This document shows positions 47,211 to 59,636 of a DNA stretch of 64,000 bases, in pieces. A program made the translations under genes and the position numbers. How positions within the stretch are numbered: position 1 is the first letter of the stretch; every line of letters begins with the position of its first letter. Under the pieces are notes generated by a model. The model did not search any database. It was not told the origin of the DNA and saw only the letters and a list, made by a program, of their open reading frames with translations. The stretch covers positions 123,628,001-123,692,000 of the forward strand of contig NC_082708.1 in assembly GCF_030144855.1 (NCBI RefSeq). Direction: 5' to 3'. This DNA comes from Hypanus sabinus. Its lineage: Eukaryota.

Positions 47211-49900
47211 TCAGAAGATTTACAGGGGGGTTCTTAGGACTCAAGATAATGGGTTAGAGAGTATGGGAAGACTAGGACTTTATTGGATGGAGTCCAGGAG
47301 ACCAAAGGATCTCCTGGACTGCCAATGCCTTGAGATATTAAATATACCTCTTAGATACTGATTAGTGTTATATGAACATATAAAATCATAAAAGGCCTTG
47401 ATTGTATGAATGTCCAGACTTTGTCCAAGGGTTGCAAAACCAAAACCTAGAGGGCATGAGTTTATGATGGGGGAGGGGGGGCAGAAGGATTTATCAGTAA
47501 CTTCTTCTATGCACAAAGTTGTATATATATATATGGAACAAGCTGCCAAAGGAAGTGGTTCAAGCATGCACAGTAAGTTCTGAAAGATATCTGTATACTA
47601 CATCTGCATGAAGTGCTTTGAGCTATAACTCCTTAGAGACAGTGTTAAGGAACTGGAGCTACAGCTCAATGACCTTCAGCCCATGCAGGAGACTGAGGAG
47701 GTGATAGACAGGAGCTACAGAGGTAATCAATCCGAATTTGCAGAAAGCAGGTATCTAGGTGATTGTCTGGAGAGGGAAAGGGAATAGGCAGCCAGTGCAG
47801 AGCACCCAGTGGCCATTCCCTCAACCATTAGTACACCACTTTAGATACTAGTGGGAGGCAGTTTGGGGAGAAATTATCTGCCCAAGGGAAGCCACGGTAA
47901 CCGGGTCTCTGGCACTGAGTACAGTCCAGGAGGGAAAGGGGGAGAAGAGGAAAGCATTAGTGATAGAGAATTCCATAGTTAGAGGAAGCAGACTGGAGAA
48001 TCTGCAGACATGATAGAGACAGCCTGTTGGTGTGTTACAACCCAGGTGTCACGGTCAGGGATGTCTTAGATTGGGTCCACAGCATTCTAAATGGGGAGGG
48101 TGAGCAGCCGGAAGCATTGCTACCAATGACAGAGGTAGGAAAATGGAGGGAGTCCTGAGGAGTGAATATAGGGAATTGAGTAGGAAGCTGAAAAGCAGGA
48201 CCTGAAGGACAGGAGCTCGATTGACTGGCAGGAAGCAAGGAGTACGAATAACTTACTACCCATTACACCACGTGTTCAGGACAACAGTGAATGTCCTCCA
48301 TCTCTGGCAGTGATCAGGGCTTCCTTCATCATGTCAGGAGCTTTCTCTTGGTTTTCATTGCTGTCAGTCATGTGCAGACTCAGTAAAACCATCACATTCA
48401 GATGCAGAGATTCTTCATTGCTGTTTCCAGAACAATTTTGCTTTACCAGTCAGGGTTGTTAGCTCCAAGCTGAACCCCCAAATTTGGAGGACAGGTGGAC
48501 AACTCAGTCTGGCCTCTACTCTTTGACATTTTTGGTATGGGTGACCCTACCAAGAGCCAAAGCATAGAGCCCAACTCCAGCCAACATAGCTCTCTGGGTC
48601 ATCAAGGCATGCATGCCTCTACCCTACAATAAGTTTATGGCTCTTTTGGAGGAGTAGGAATAAAGGTGACTTTTTCCTAGTTGGCTGCCAGTGACTAGTG
48701 GTGTTCCACAGGGACTGGTGTTGGGATAACTTGTTTCGCATTACTTGAATGACTTTGATGATGGAATTAATGGTTGAATTGTGGACAATACATAAATAGG
48801 TGAGGGGTAGGTAGGGTTGAGGGAGCAGGGAGTCTGCAGAAGGACTTGGAGAGATCAAGAGAATGGGCAAAGAAGTGGCAGATAGAATATAGTGCAGGGA
48901 AGTGTATGGTCATACACTTTGGGAGAAGGAATAACGGCACAGGGAGAAAATTCAAAAATCAGAGCTACAAAGGGATTCCATGAATGTTAACTTGCAGGTT
49001 GAGTCAGTGGCAAAGATGGCAAATGGAATGCTGGCACTTGTTTCAAAAGGGCTGGAATATTAAAGCAAGGATGTCATGCTGAGACTTTATAAGTCATTGG
49101 TCAGACCACACTTGGGGTATTGTGAACAGTTTTGGGTCCTATATCAAAGGAAAGATGTGCTGGCATGAGAAAATCTGTAGATGGCTGGAACATCCAAAGC
49201 AACATACACAGAATGCTGGAAGAACTCAGCTGGCCAAGCGGCATCTATGGAAAAGACTAAACAGTCAACGCTTTGGGCTGAGACCCTGATGTGCTGGCAT
49301 TGGAGAAGATCCTGAGGAGTTACACGTGAATGATTCCAGAGATGAAAAGGTTAACATGAGAAGCATTTGATGGCTCTGAGCCCATCACTGGAGTTTAGAA
49401 GAATGAGGGGTGGCTCGCACTGAAACCTATGGGATATTGAAAGGCCTAGTTAAAATGGAAGTGAAGATGCTTCCTATAATGGGGGAGTCTAGGATCAGAA
49501 GACAGAGTCTCAGAGTAGAGGGTCGTCCATTTAGAACAGAGATGAGGGGGAATTTCTTTAGCCAGAGGGTGGTTAGTCTGTGGAATTCATTGCCCCAAAT
49601 GGTTGTGGAGGCCAAGTCAATGGGTATATTTAAAGTGGAGGTTGATAGGTTCTTGATTAGTCAGGGCAAACGTTATGGGGATAAGGCAAAGGAATGCGTT
49701 TGAGAGGGATAATAAATCAGCCATGATGGAATGGCAGAGCAGGTTTGATGGGCCTAACGGCTTAACTCTACTCCTAAGTTTTATGGTCTTTACGGCGTAT
49801 TACATGAATAGGAAAGATTTAGAGGAATATGGATCAAATGCACACAAATGGGACATACTTAGATAGGCAAGGGCGAGTTAGGCTGAAGAGCTCACTTCCA
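47210..49900 (+). mobile_element. Heavily degraded CR1 sequence with smaller inserted repeats
   Basis: Scattered ORF1/ORF2 fragments (SGVPQG, EKWAKKWQIEYSAGKC, GNFFSQRVVSLWNSLP). Confidence 0.7.
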
Positions 49901-50599
49901 TGCTTACCGATGATCTACCATCTCAGAATCCCCCAAAACGTGGCCGCCCAGAATCTGCATTGCACCACATTTTTGAGGGTTTATAAAAAAAGATCACAAT
50001 GAAATACGACATACTGATAATTGAACTGTGAAATGGTCTTTGTTCCCAGCACTGAAATACACTAAAACAAAGACGAGCCCTGACAAGCTCAGTGGCATTT
50101 AAAAATACATAGTGCATGTTTAGACAACACTTCTGCCACGTTTCTCACTGAGCTATTCATCACTAGCAGGTACTCATCCACAGGTCCTGGCTCTGCATGG
50201 ATCCCCATGAGGCTCACATCACCTCTTCTTGTCACACACCCTCCCACTGTGACAATGATCACATGAGAGCAGGTCTTTGCATCTATCCCAACTCTACCAG
50301 TTATACACCAACCCCTCCAACTCAGCGTGAACCCTCGTAGCCAATCTTCACAACAAACACAGTAGGCTGTGTCCGATCTCTTCACCTTCTTGGTGAAATT
50401 CTTGGCTCATCAGTTTCTTTTCTAATTCCCCACCTTTACCAGTCCTCTCCAGGCATACAACCATCAAATGTGATCCATGCCTTTGGGTACTCAAAAGGCC
50501 TTGCCTACTGCAAAGCCTGTCCAGCTGTACACATTATACTAGTCTTCATTTATATTGAAAATCCCTGTGGTGGATCTTTGGAAACAATGCATGTTAGCA

Positions 50600-51960
50600 C
50601 GTTCTGAATGAGCATATTAATTACTCTCAATACACACCCATTCCTCAACTCTGGCACCATGATCCTCTTCACTGGCAACCACCTGCCCTGCAACCTCTGG
50701 AATTCCTTGCCTAAAGCCCCTTCTGCTTCAGAGCCTGTATTTCAAGCTCTTATAAAAACGCTATTCCCTTTTCCCAGTCCCTTCATCTCCAACCCACCTC
50801 TTACCAGGATGAGGCTGTCCTTTCCAGAACATCAGAGATGTCCTCCTTCAAAGAAAGGGGATTCTTTTCCTCTACCATTGATGCTGCCATAACCCACATC
50901 TCCTCATCCACACTCACCTCATCTTCCACCACCTTAACAGGGATAGAGTTCTAGTTGTCCTCACCTACCACCCAGGAGCTCCACATCCAACACATCATTC
51001 TCTGCAACTTCCACAATCTTCAACGGGATCCTACCACCAGACACATCTTTACCTTCCCCCACAACGCTCCACAGGGATTGTTCCCTCCGTGATTCCCTTG
51101 TCCATTTGTCTCTCCCTACTAATCTCCCTCCTGGAACATATCCTTGCATACGACAGAAATGCAACGCCTGTCCATTCACCTCCTTCCTCACCTCCACTCA
51201 CAGCACCAAACAGTTCCTCCAGGTGAGGCAACTCTTCACCTGAGAGTCTGCTGGGGTTCCCCATTGTATCCAATGCCCTTGATGTGGCCTCCTCCACATT
51301 GCTGAGACGCAATGTAAATTGGGGGACCACTTTGTCAATCACCTTTGCTGTATCTGCAAAAAAAAAAAACCAGAACTTCCCAGCGTCCAACTATTTCAAT
51401 TCCTAACCCCATTCCAAATGCCAGTACATGACGTCCTCTTCTGCCACGATGAAGCCACTCTCAGAGTGGAGGAACACCACCTCATATTCCATCTAGGTGG
51501 CCTGCAGCCCACTCACAGGAACATTGATTTCCATTTCCAGTATTTCTTTTTCTCTTCCTCTTCTCCTATCCCCACTATTGCCTCTTACCTCTTCTACTTA
51601 CCTGTCTATCACTCCCCCCGGTACCCCTCTTCCTTCCCTTTCTCCCATAGTCCATCCTCCTCTCCCACAAGATTCCTTCACTCCAGTCTTTTACCTTTCT
51701 CGCTCAGCTGGCTTCACCAATCATCACCTCCTTCCCCTCCCCCACCTTTTTATGCTGCCATCTCCCCTCTTCCTTTCCATTCCTTTTGCAGGGTCTCAGC
51801 CCAAAACGGCGACTGTTTATTCATCTCATTAACAGACCCTGCTGTTCCTTCAGAATTCTCTGTGAGTCGCACTGGAATTCCAGTATCTGCAGAATCTCTT
51901 GTGTTGTGTATTTCTAATACCATCTTTGGCTGTGTACCAAATTTTTGTCTCGCTACATTT
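50600..51960 (+). mobile_element. Degraded Penelope-like element (RT C-terminus, GIY-YIG, 3' region)
   Basis: LGDHFVNHL, CHDEATLRVEEHHLIFHLGGLQP; decayed ribozyme region agggtctcagcccaaaacggcgac at about 51790. Confidence 0.8.
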
Positions 51961-53377
51961 CTAGAAAACACTAGTTGCAAACTGCATGTCTTTGCTTCTG
52001 CAAGTTTCAAATGAATGACTTCTGGTCAAGATGGTGCTAGGCCACGGTTTCCATTGATGTCGTGGTTCAGACTTAGTTGAACTTAGCTGTACAGTAGCGA
52101 TTTTGAAGACAGAGAGGGGAGCTAGGGGTTAGCTTATAGCTTAGGGACAGGGATATAGAGAAGTTAAAGATCAGGCCAGAATCCAGGCCTCCGCTCTGCA
52201 CTCAAATGCTGGCAATGTGGATGTGCGGCAAAGGATATCTTTGGATGGATGCGAGCCAGCAAGCTCTGCGGAAGAAAACTAGTGAGGACAGGGGCTGGTG
52301 CTCACCCCCTGGGTCAGCAGGTCCCAGGAGTAGAGGACTGTGCAGCCAGGAGGCAAGAGCGAACCCCTAGGTTTGCAAGTCCAGAGACCAAGGCATGGAG
52401 TTTGGGGTTGCATCATCAAAAAGTTCTAGGTTCAATACTGGAAATTCCAGCCCAAAAGTCAAAGCAAGTCAGCAAGTTGAGGCCAAATAGTCAAAGGCTT
52501 GTGTCTGCTAGTTCACTGGGCAAGTCAAAGTCCTGACATGTGTAAGTCATCGAGTCCATTGGCGATGAGAGAGTGGAGGTGAGTGGTGTTACGAAGTATG
52601 AACAACTCTGATGGGCAGAAGGGTGCAGAGTGGCCCATGCCCCCCCTTTTTGGAGAATCCCAAATCGCTACTATTTCGATGCTGCTAACAAGGAAGTAAG
52701 AGAGACAAAAGGAAATCTGCCAGGGCAGTTGTTATTGATAACAGCTCATGAAAGAGAATGAGAGAGAGACACACAGCTAAAAGGTACACAAGGTGGAACG
52801 TCTCCTACTGACAAAAGAGGAGATTTACTGCTATTGTCGTTTGGAGAAGGATTGTTTACTTGGTGCTGTTCTATTCATTGAAACCCCTCAGGGGGCAACT
52901 AGAGTGGGCTGGTTTGATGGGTTACATCATCCCAACCTGATTGACACTTGAGACCACGTGAGTGGGGATAAAAGTGAGGTCTGGGGTAACACCCCTCAGA
53001 CGCACCAGGAAAAACGCTAGTGAGCAGCAGAAACCCACGAGACAGTGTGGGACATCGCAGACCGAACAAAGGGTCGGTAAATTTTAACTCACAGTGTTTA
53101 TAGCAAGACCGGTGGGGGCTTGTGTGTGTGTCCACCTTTGCCTGGGTGACGAGTCCACCACAGAAGAATGGTCTAGCTAAAGGACGGAGGGGTCACACTT
53201 GAATGGCCACAACAACGGACACTTCTATCTTTGTTGGTAAGACACCCAGTTACAGGGTACGTAACAAATTGGGGCCTCGTCTCGAGATTTGATACCAAAT
53301 TGAGGGACCAGTGAATCGGGCTATAAGTCCAGACTTGGATCTGGTTGCGTGGGTAACCAGACGGGAAACCAGCAAAG

Positions 53378-54946
53378 ATGGACGTAGACGAATTTACACA
53401 AAACCCGACTTTGAAGGCACTAGAGGATGCCACAAAGATGGACTTGGTAAATATTGCGAAAGGATTAAATCTCACAGAGGTGAAGTCGTCAATGAAAAAG
53501 TGGGAGATGCAGAGGGACATAGCTTAGTATTATATTGATAAGGATGTGCTTCTGGCTGGGGTATTGGAACTTATCCCTGAAAAGGTACCAGCTATTGGGA
53601 TGGTTCAGTTAGAGCTGGAAAAATTAAGGTTGGAACAGAAGAAAAGGGAGTATGAGCTCCAGTTACAGGAGAAAGAGAAACAGAGGGAGCATGAATTTAG
53701 GTTAAAACAGCTGGAAGCAGAGGAAAGGGAGAAGGAGAAGGAGAAACAGAGGCAGCATGAGCTAGAAATGGAGAAATTAAAGCAAGAGGGAAGAATCCCA
53801 GGGGCAGACTGAGAGGAGAAGTTTAATGTTAGTAGGGAGTTTAGGTTAGAACCTCCGTTCGAAGAGACAGATGTTGATAGTTATTTCTTGCATTTTGAAA
53901 AGGTGGCAGTGAATCAGGAGTGGCCCAGAGCACAGTGGGTGGCATTGTTACAAAGTGTGTTAAAAGGGAAGGCTCAACGGGCATATGCGGCGTTGTCCAT
54001 GGACGTGTCTGCAGGTTATGAGGAAATAAAGCGGGCCATCCTTCGGACCTATGAGTTAATCCCTGAAGCATATAGACAAAAGTTCAGAGATTGAACGAAA
54101 GTGTGGAATCAGACGTATGCAAAGTTTGCCTATGAGAAGGGTATGCTCCTGGATCGTTGGTGTGCAGCAGAAAAGGTGGAGGAAGATTTCCAGCATTTCA
54201 GAGAGTTAATTCTGATTGAGGAATTTAAAGGTTGTGTTTTGGATGATATCCGGATGCATTTTAATGAGAAGCCGAATAAGTCTATATCAGAATTTGCCAG
54301 GTTCGCAGATGAATATGCCCTAACCCACAAGACAAAGTTTTCCTCGAATAAGAGTTAGCAGAAAGATCGTAGGGACTGTAGAGAAAGCCCACCGGCTAAG
54401 GTAGAAAATAAGCCGGGAGCTAGTGGTAAAGGTAAGGAGGAAGAAAGGCAGGCTGGCAGGAGGGTTCCTGGCTTGACCTGTTTTAATTGTGGAAAGGTGG
54501 GTCATATTGCATCTAAGTGCTTTGCTCCGAGGAAGAAGACAGGAAAAGGGAAAGCAGCAGTCCCTACAGGGTGTATTGAGTCCATCAGCAAATCGACGAG
54601 AAAGCCCCAGGTCGATAAAATATGAGAGGGGCGTGAGAAATTTATTTCAGAAGGGACCGTGTCTGTGAAAGAGGGAGGAACACCAGTTCCAGTGAGGATC
54701 TGGAGAGATACGGGAGCTGAGCAGTAATTGATTCGCAGTAAGGTACTAGATTTTGGTCCTGAGACTGGAGAGGTAGTTTTGAGAGGCATAGGAAAAGGGA
54801 CAGAAGCTGTACCTTTGCATGGGATCATTATAAATTGTGACCTGGTATCTGGACCAGTCGAAGTAGGGGTACAGTCAGAATTACCGAGAGACGGCGTGGA
54901 CATCCTTGGTAATGATTTAGCGGGGGTGAGGTGTGTTCAGCTGTGA
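53378..54946 (+). pseudogene. Gag (coiled coil, SCAN-like capsid CTD, CCHC knuckle) and protease of the Gmr1-like element, six in-frame stops
   Basis: YFLHFEKVA...W...WVALLQSVLKGKAQ; EAYRQKFR; ELILIEEF; CFNCGKVGHIASKC 54479-54520; RDTGA 54704-54718; stops at 53525, 53810, 54092, 54356, 54623, 54725. Confidence 0.85.
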
Positions 54947-56151
54947 AGCTGACGAGCAAGCCTGTAAGTGTTGAGGACCCGCCCCCAGATTCCAAGATCT
55001 ATCCCGCATGCGTGATCACTCACAGCATGTCAAGAAAGGCAGCTGAGAAAGAGACCAGTTTAAATCAGTCCAGTGTCGATTTGGCTGAGACGTTTTTACT
55101 GACCCTGTACCAAGAGGGGTTAGGGGATGGTAAAACGGAGGATAGGGAGGTGAAAGAGAGTAAAGGAGAGGAGGTAGACCTACCCTTAGCCAAGAGGGAA
55201 TTTATAGAGGCACAGAGTAAAGATGAGAAACAGATAAGGCAGTTAGAAGGTCCAGGGTTGGACATGGATGATCTGTCTGGCTTGACGGAACTGTTTAAAG
55301 AAGTTGAAAAATTTAAATGTGTTCCTGATAATGATATAAGGGCAGTCCTAGATGAAAAGGATGCCGTTACCTTGAAGGAGTCTGCTGGGTTAGCAGATGA
55401 AGTTGTTTTAACCCGCCGGGTTGAGTTTACTCCGGTTGGGAGTTGCCCAAAGAGTAACTGAGAGGATCAGAGGAACTTAGAATTTGAAAAAGAGACTGGT
55501 ATAGAAAGCCTAGAAGAGGTAGATGTCCTGTTTGAGTATGTTCAAGATGTGGATGCACATGGTACTGAACCTAGCATTGAAACTCAGGAAAAGTCTGAGG
55601 TATCTGATTTAGTTGAAAAGGAATGCAGTCCTTTTGAGTCAGATGGACTTGGTTCAGTGAAGAAAGGGTTAACCTTGGTACCAGTGGAGAGTGAGAACTC
55701 TCAGTTTTTTGTGTTAGAAGGGGTGTTAAAAGTTAGTGAGGAGATGGAAGCTGGGGATGTGAATATTATTATTTAAGGAGAAGGGAAAAGTGTAGTTCCT
55801 AAATTGAATAAAGTAAATTTAAAGTCTGGATTGGTTTCAGAAGCAGTAACTAGGCTGAAGGAACAATGGCTTGTTAACAAGGTGCCTGTGAATCAATTAC
55901 AGTTTGTTTTGGAATTTAAAGGTAAACAACTTGCAGATGTTAAACTGAAAACTAATAGAATGAAGGGTCCTAAAGGTAAAACTAATGACTTGCTTGAAAA
56001 TAAAGAATTGTGTGAAAGTTCAGAAGATGGTCTAAGTTTGGAAAACATTGTTGATAAAATAACTCCTATGAAAGGAGTATGCGAAAGCCTATTCCACACT
56101 GGTGAGCAAGCTAACCACGTGAGAGTTAAGTGGAAAAGACGCAAAGGTTGA
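54931..56151 (+). pseudogene. Acidic/Lys-rich frame of about 400 codons in place of pol, with two stops and a second protease-like segment
   Basis: Three supplied ORFs (54931, 55549, 55804) share one frame, separated by stops at 55459 and 55774; no RT or IN motifs seen. Confidence 0.6.
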
Positions 56152-58725
56152 CAAAATGCCACTTTAAAATACAGGATCTGGTTTTGAGGGATTTCAACAA
56201 AGCATGTAAATAATAAAGACAACACCATGGAAGATTGACTGTTGAGTTTAAAAGTAAAATAAAGATTAGTATTTGCATAAACTTTGTAATGTACTACAGA
56301 ATAATCACACATGTATTGGTTGACATTTTGTAATATACACCAGCTAAGATCACAACTCTTTAGTTTTGTTTTGCTGAAGGAATAAAAATAGGTGGTTATT
56401 AAATTGGAGTCTGATGCTACAGGAATTTATTAAGATACAACATATTAAAAGGAAGTGATAATGTACTCGCTGATTGCTTATCTAGATGCTAAGTTGAATG
56501 TATATCTGTATTGCTCTGTAGTTAAAAAAACTCTTCTGTATTTTGTTAGATTCTATAATTCTGTAAGTCTCTGTATTAGTTAATTTTCCCCTTTGGTGAA
56601 AATTCCTAGAAGGATGGGGGTGTTACGAAGTATGAACAACTCTGATGGGCAGAAGGGTGCAGAGTGGCCCATGCCCCCCCTTTTTGGAGAATCCCAAATC
56701 GCTACTATTTCGATGCTGCTAACAAGGAAGTAAGAGAGACAAAAGGAAATCTGCCAGGGCAGTTGTTATTGATAACAGCTCATGAAAGAGAATGAGAGAG
56801 AGACACACAGCTAAAAGGTACACAAGGTGGAACGTCTCCTACTGACAAAAGAGGAGATTTACTGCTGTTGACTTTTGGAGAAGGATTGTTTACTTGGTGC
56901 TGTTCTATTCATTGAAACCCCTCAGGGGGCAACCAGAGTGGGCTGGTTTGATGGGATACATCATCCCAACCTGATTGACACTTGAGACCACGTGAGTGGG
57001 GATAAAAGTGAGGTCTGGGGTAACACCCCTCAGACGCACCAGGAGAAACGCTAGTGAGCAGCAGAAACCCACGAGACAGTGTGGGACATCGCAGACCGAA
57101 CAAAGGGTCGGTAAATTTTAACTCACAGTGTTTATAGCAAGACCGGTGGGGGCTTGTGTGTGTGTCCACCTTTGCCTGGGTGACGAGTCCACCACAAAAG
57201 AATGGTCTAGCTAAAGGACGGAGGGGTCACACTTGAATGGCCACAACAACGGACACTTCTATCTTTGCTGGTAAGACACCCAGTTACGGGGTACGCAACA
57301 GCGGTATAGGGGTTGGAGGACCGTGTGCACTGCCCTGCTGAACCTCGTGGGCTTGCTGTGTCCCCACCAGAAAGTGTGGCTGCACTTGTGTGCCAGCCCC
57401 AGTACATCCTTGGGTTGTGTTGGCTGTTAATATAAACAATGTATTTCACAATACGTTTTAATGTACACATGATAAATAAACAAATCGAACCAAATAAGTG
57501 CCTTTTTTATGCTGGGGAACTTGATTCTAACTTCTAGTGGGTTACTAGTGAAACACTGTCTCTAGTGGTTAACAGTTTTGTGGTTCAGCTGAGACTGTTT
57601 GTACCCTGCCACGTGGACAGCTGTGCATGCTGAATCACAACAGCAACGGTAACACCCTCCCTTAAAACATCAAAGATATTATCAAGACAGTTACTCGACG
57701 ACTGACAGACTAGCAGAAAATCCATGCACTTCTCTACACATCCAGAAACTTCATCAAGGAGCAGTAAAAGGAATATTGTTCCCTTAATTCTAAAAATAAA
57801 AACCATGTGTAGTCAATATACACTTTTAGAATCACATAATATACGGTTGCTGGACTAAATCCAATTAAACCAGTTTCACTTTATAAACGGACTAGTGAGC
57901 CTGAGCTTTAGGGAATGGGAACTTGAACAAAGGAAAATGAAGAACAGGATGTGCATTTGCTGCTAGTCTGGGCCAGGCAACAATACACAAATTGAAGAGA
58001 CAAAATGTGAACAAAGCAAATGCCAGAAGGCCAAGTGAAGCCTGGCAACGTTACTGCAAATGAACAGTGAATTTCTGTCTCTACTGGCAAACAAACAGAG
58101 CCAAAGAGCAACGACTCTCACTGATAAAGTTCTGAGGAAGAAGCTTCCTGAAACAAAAGTAATTAAACTAAGAGACTCTTCATAAGGTTATTGTAGAAAA
58201 ATCAGACATAATGTTAAGGGAACAGGGTTAAGTACAATGCAAAATGGCCACCTTACAATCAGAACCAAATTAGGAATGTAATATTTACAAGAACATGGCT
58301 TGTGCAAAGCACCCAGAGCAATGACCCCAGAGCCATCAAGTGGTTCTGATCAAACATAGGCACACCAACTTGGCGAGTCTTCATTTCAGAGCTAACATTC
58401 TCACAGAGGCTACAAGGCGATCTGGAGCTGGATCAGGACTAGGCCGCTGAGACTGAACACAACTAGCAATTGGGAGGACAGAAAAGCTACTTTCACCTGG
58501 ACAAATGACCATCTTTGAAAAGCAATAATGTAAGAATGAAGTCAGCAGCCGAATTCGTAAGTTACTGAATGGCATCCTTTTGAAAATATGTCCTGTTAGA
58601 ATTTTAAAATTATTAAAAACTAAGTCAACAAGTTTACCATGATACATCTCTCTCTCGATTGAATATACGCTTAGAATGTAACAAGTTTGTCATGCAAAGA
58701 AAAACAGAACAAACCTTCCAGTTAC

Positions 58726-58839
58726 CTTAATTGCATTGTGCAGTTGAGAGACATCATACTGAAGAGGAGTCTTCATGAGCCCAACAATTATTTTTTCAAA
58801 CTTCCCACCCAATTCAGATTTTAGATCTGCAATGAGATC
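58726..58839 (-). CDS. ANXA5: Annexin A5 exon 5 equivalent, DLIADLKSELGGKFEKIIVGLMKTPLQYDVSQLHNAIK
   Basis: ccgcag acceptor, gtaact donor; 114 nt; close to human DLLDDLKSELTGKFEKLIVALMK. Confidence 0.94.
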
Positions 58840-59541
58840 CTGCGGTACACAAGGTTGTTATAACACAGTGTATTCTTTTTTTTTAAATGCCCCTTTCAAA
58901 ATTCAAAGGTAAATACAGTTAAATAGTCTGTTTCAATCCAACTATCCAACAGTAACAAAATAAAAATCAGTTTCAGAATGTTTCAAAATTATTAACATAA
59001 AAACTTAGAACAATTAAGTTATAATATTAAATTAGTATTAATATGACAAATCATTAAACCCAACTGCATTCAAACTAATCACTAACACAATGCATTTATA
59101 AAGAAAGGAACAAAATAGAAATAAATTATGCTGCAAATTCTTATCTAAGAACATTGCAGCTTCTTTTTCCCAGCTTATAACTTATTAGCATATTTACATT
59201 ATGAAACTTCCTCTCCACAACCTGTCATTCACCAACATTGGTTAAATGAGAGTTTGCAAGGATTGGACACAAGTTTCAGACATTTTCTCTGTCAGAATTT
59301 AACCCTTATTGCACCCAACTCTTCTTGGGCAACACAACTTCCATCATTAACTCAGTGCTCAAGGACAATGAAGGAGGATGATTACCTCCTGTAACTGGTC
59401 TCTCTCACACAATAGCAGGATGTTTTAAGAAAAACTAGATGGATATTAGTGTTTCTTTTTGTCCAACAAATCATATTTTCTAATTAAATCCACTGAACTT
59501 GTTCTGTGAACAATGAAACATGCACATAAGTATTTTCCTAC

Positions 59542-59636
59542 CCTGCCAAAAAGAGTTTTGTACTGAAGGGAGATTTTTAGACGCTGATTGCTGCTCCTGG
59601 TAGTTAAGATGCTAATAATGGCACTTTCATCAGTAC
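59542..59636 (-). CDS. ANXA5: Annexin A5 exon 4 equivalent, TDESAIISILTTRSSNQRLKISLQYKTLFGR
   Basis: tcttttag acceptor, gtagga donor; 95 nt; frame continuous with neighbouring exons. Confidence 0.93.

Larger units (their letters stand above)
52587..57300 (+). mobile_element. Non-autonomous Gmr1-like Gypsy LTR element (gag-PR, no RT/IN)
   Basis: 680-bp LTRs 52587-53266 and 56621-57300 (about 10 substitutions by eye); TGTTAC...GTAACA termini; tRNA-Pro-like PBS tggggcctcgtctcgagattt 53270-53290; PPT agaaggatggggg; TSD GTGG/GCGG. Confidence 0.92.

Noticed and set aside
51319-52014. 231-aa plus-strand ORF
   Set aside because: Chance read-through of a decayed Penelope endonuclease end into its pyrimidine-rich 3' region.
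53546-53812. Glu/Lys/Arg-rich coiled-coil ORF resembling a cellular protein
   Set aside because: It is in frame with the gag of the LTR element and explained by it.
57900-58148. Good-looking minus-strand acceptor (ttttgtttcag) about 580 nt after exon 5
   Set aside because: In frame it gives EASSSELYQ* with no annexin similarity and no clear donor; such acceptors are common in AT-rich introns.
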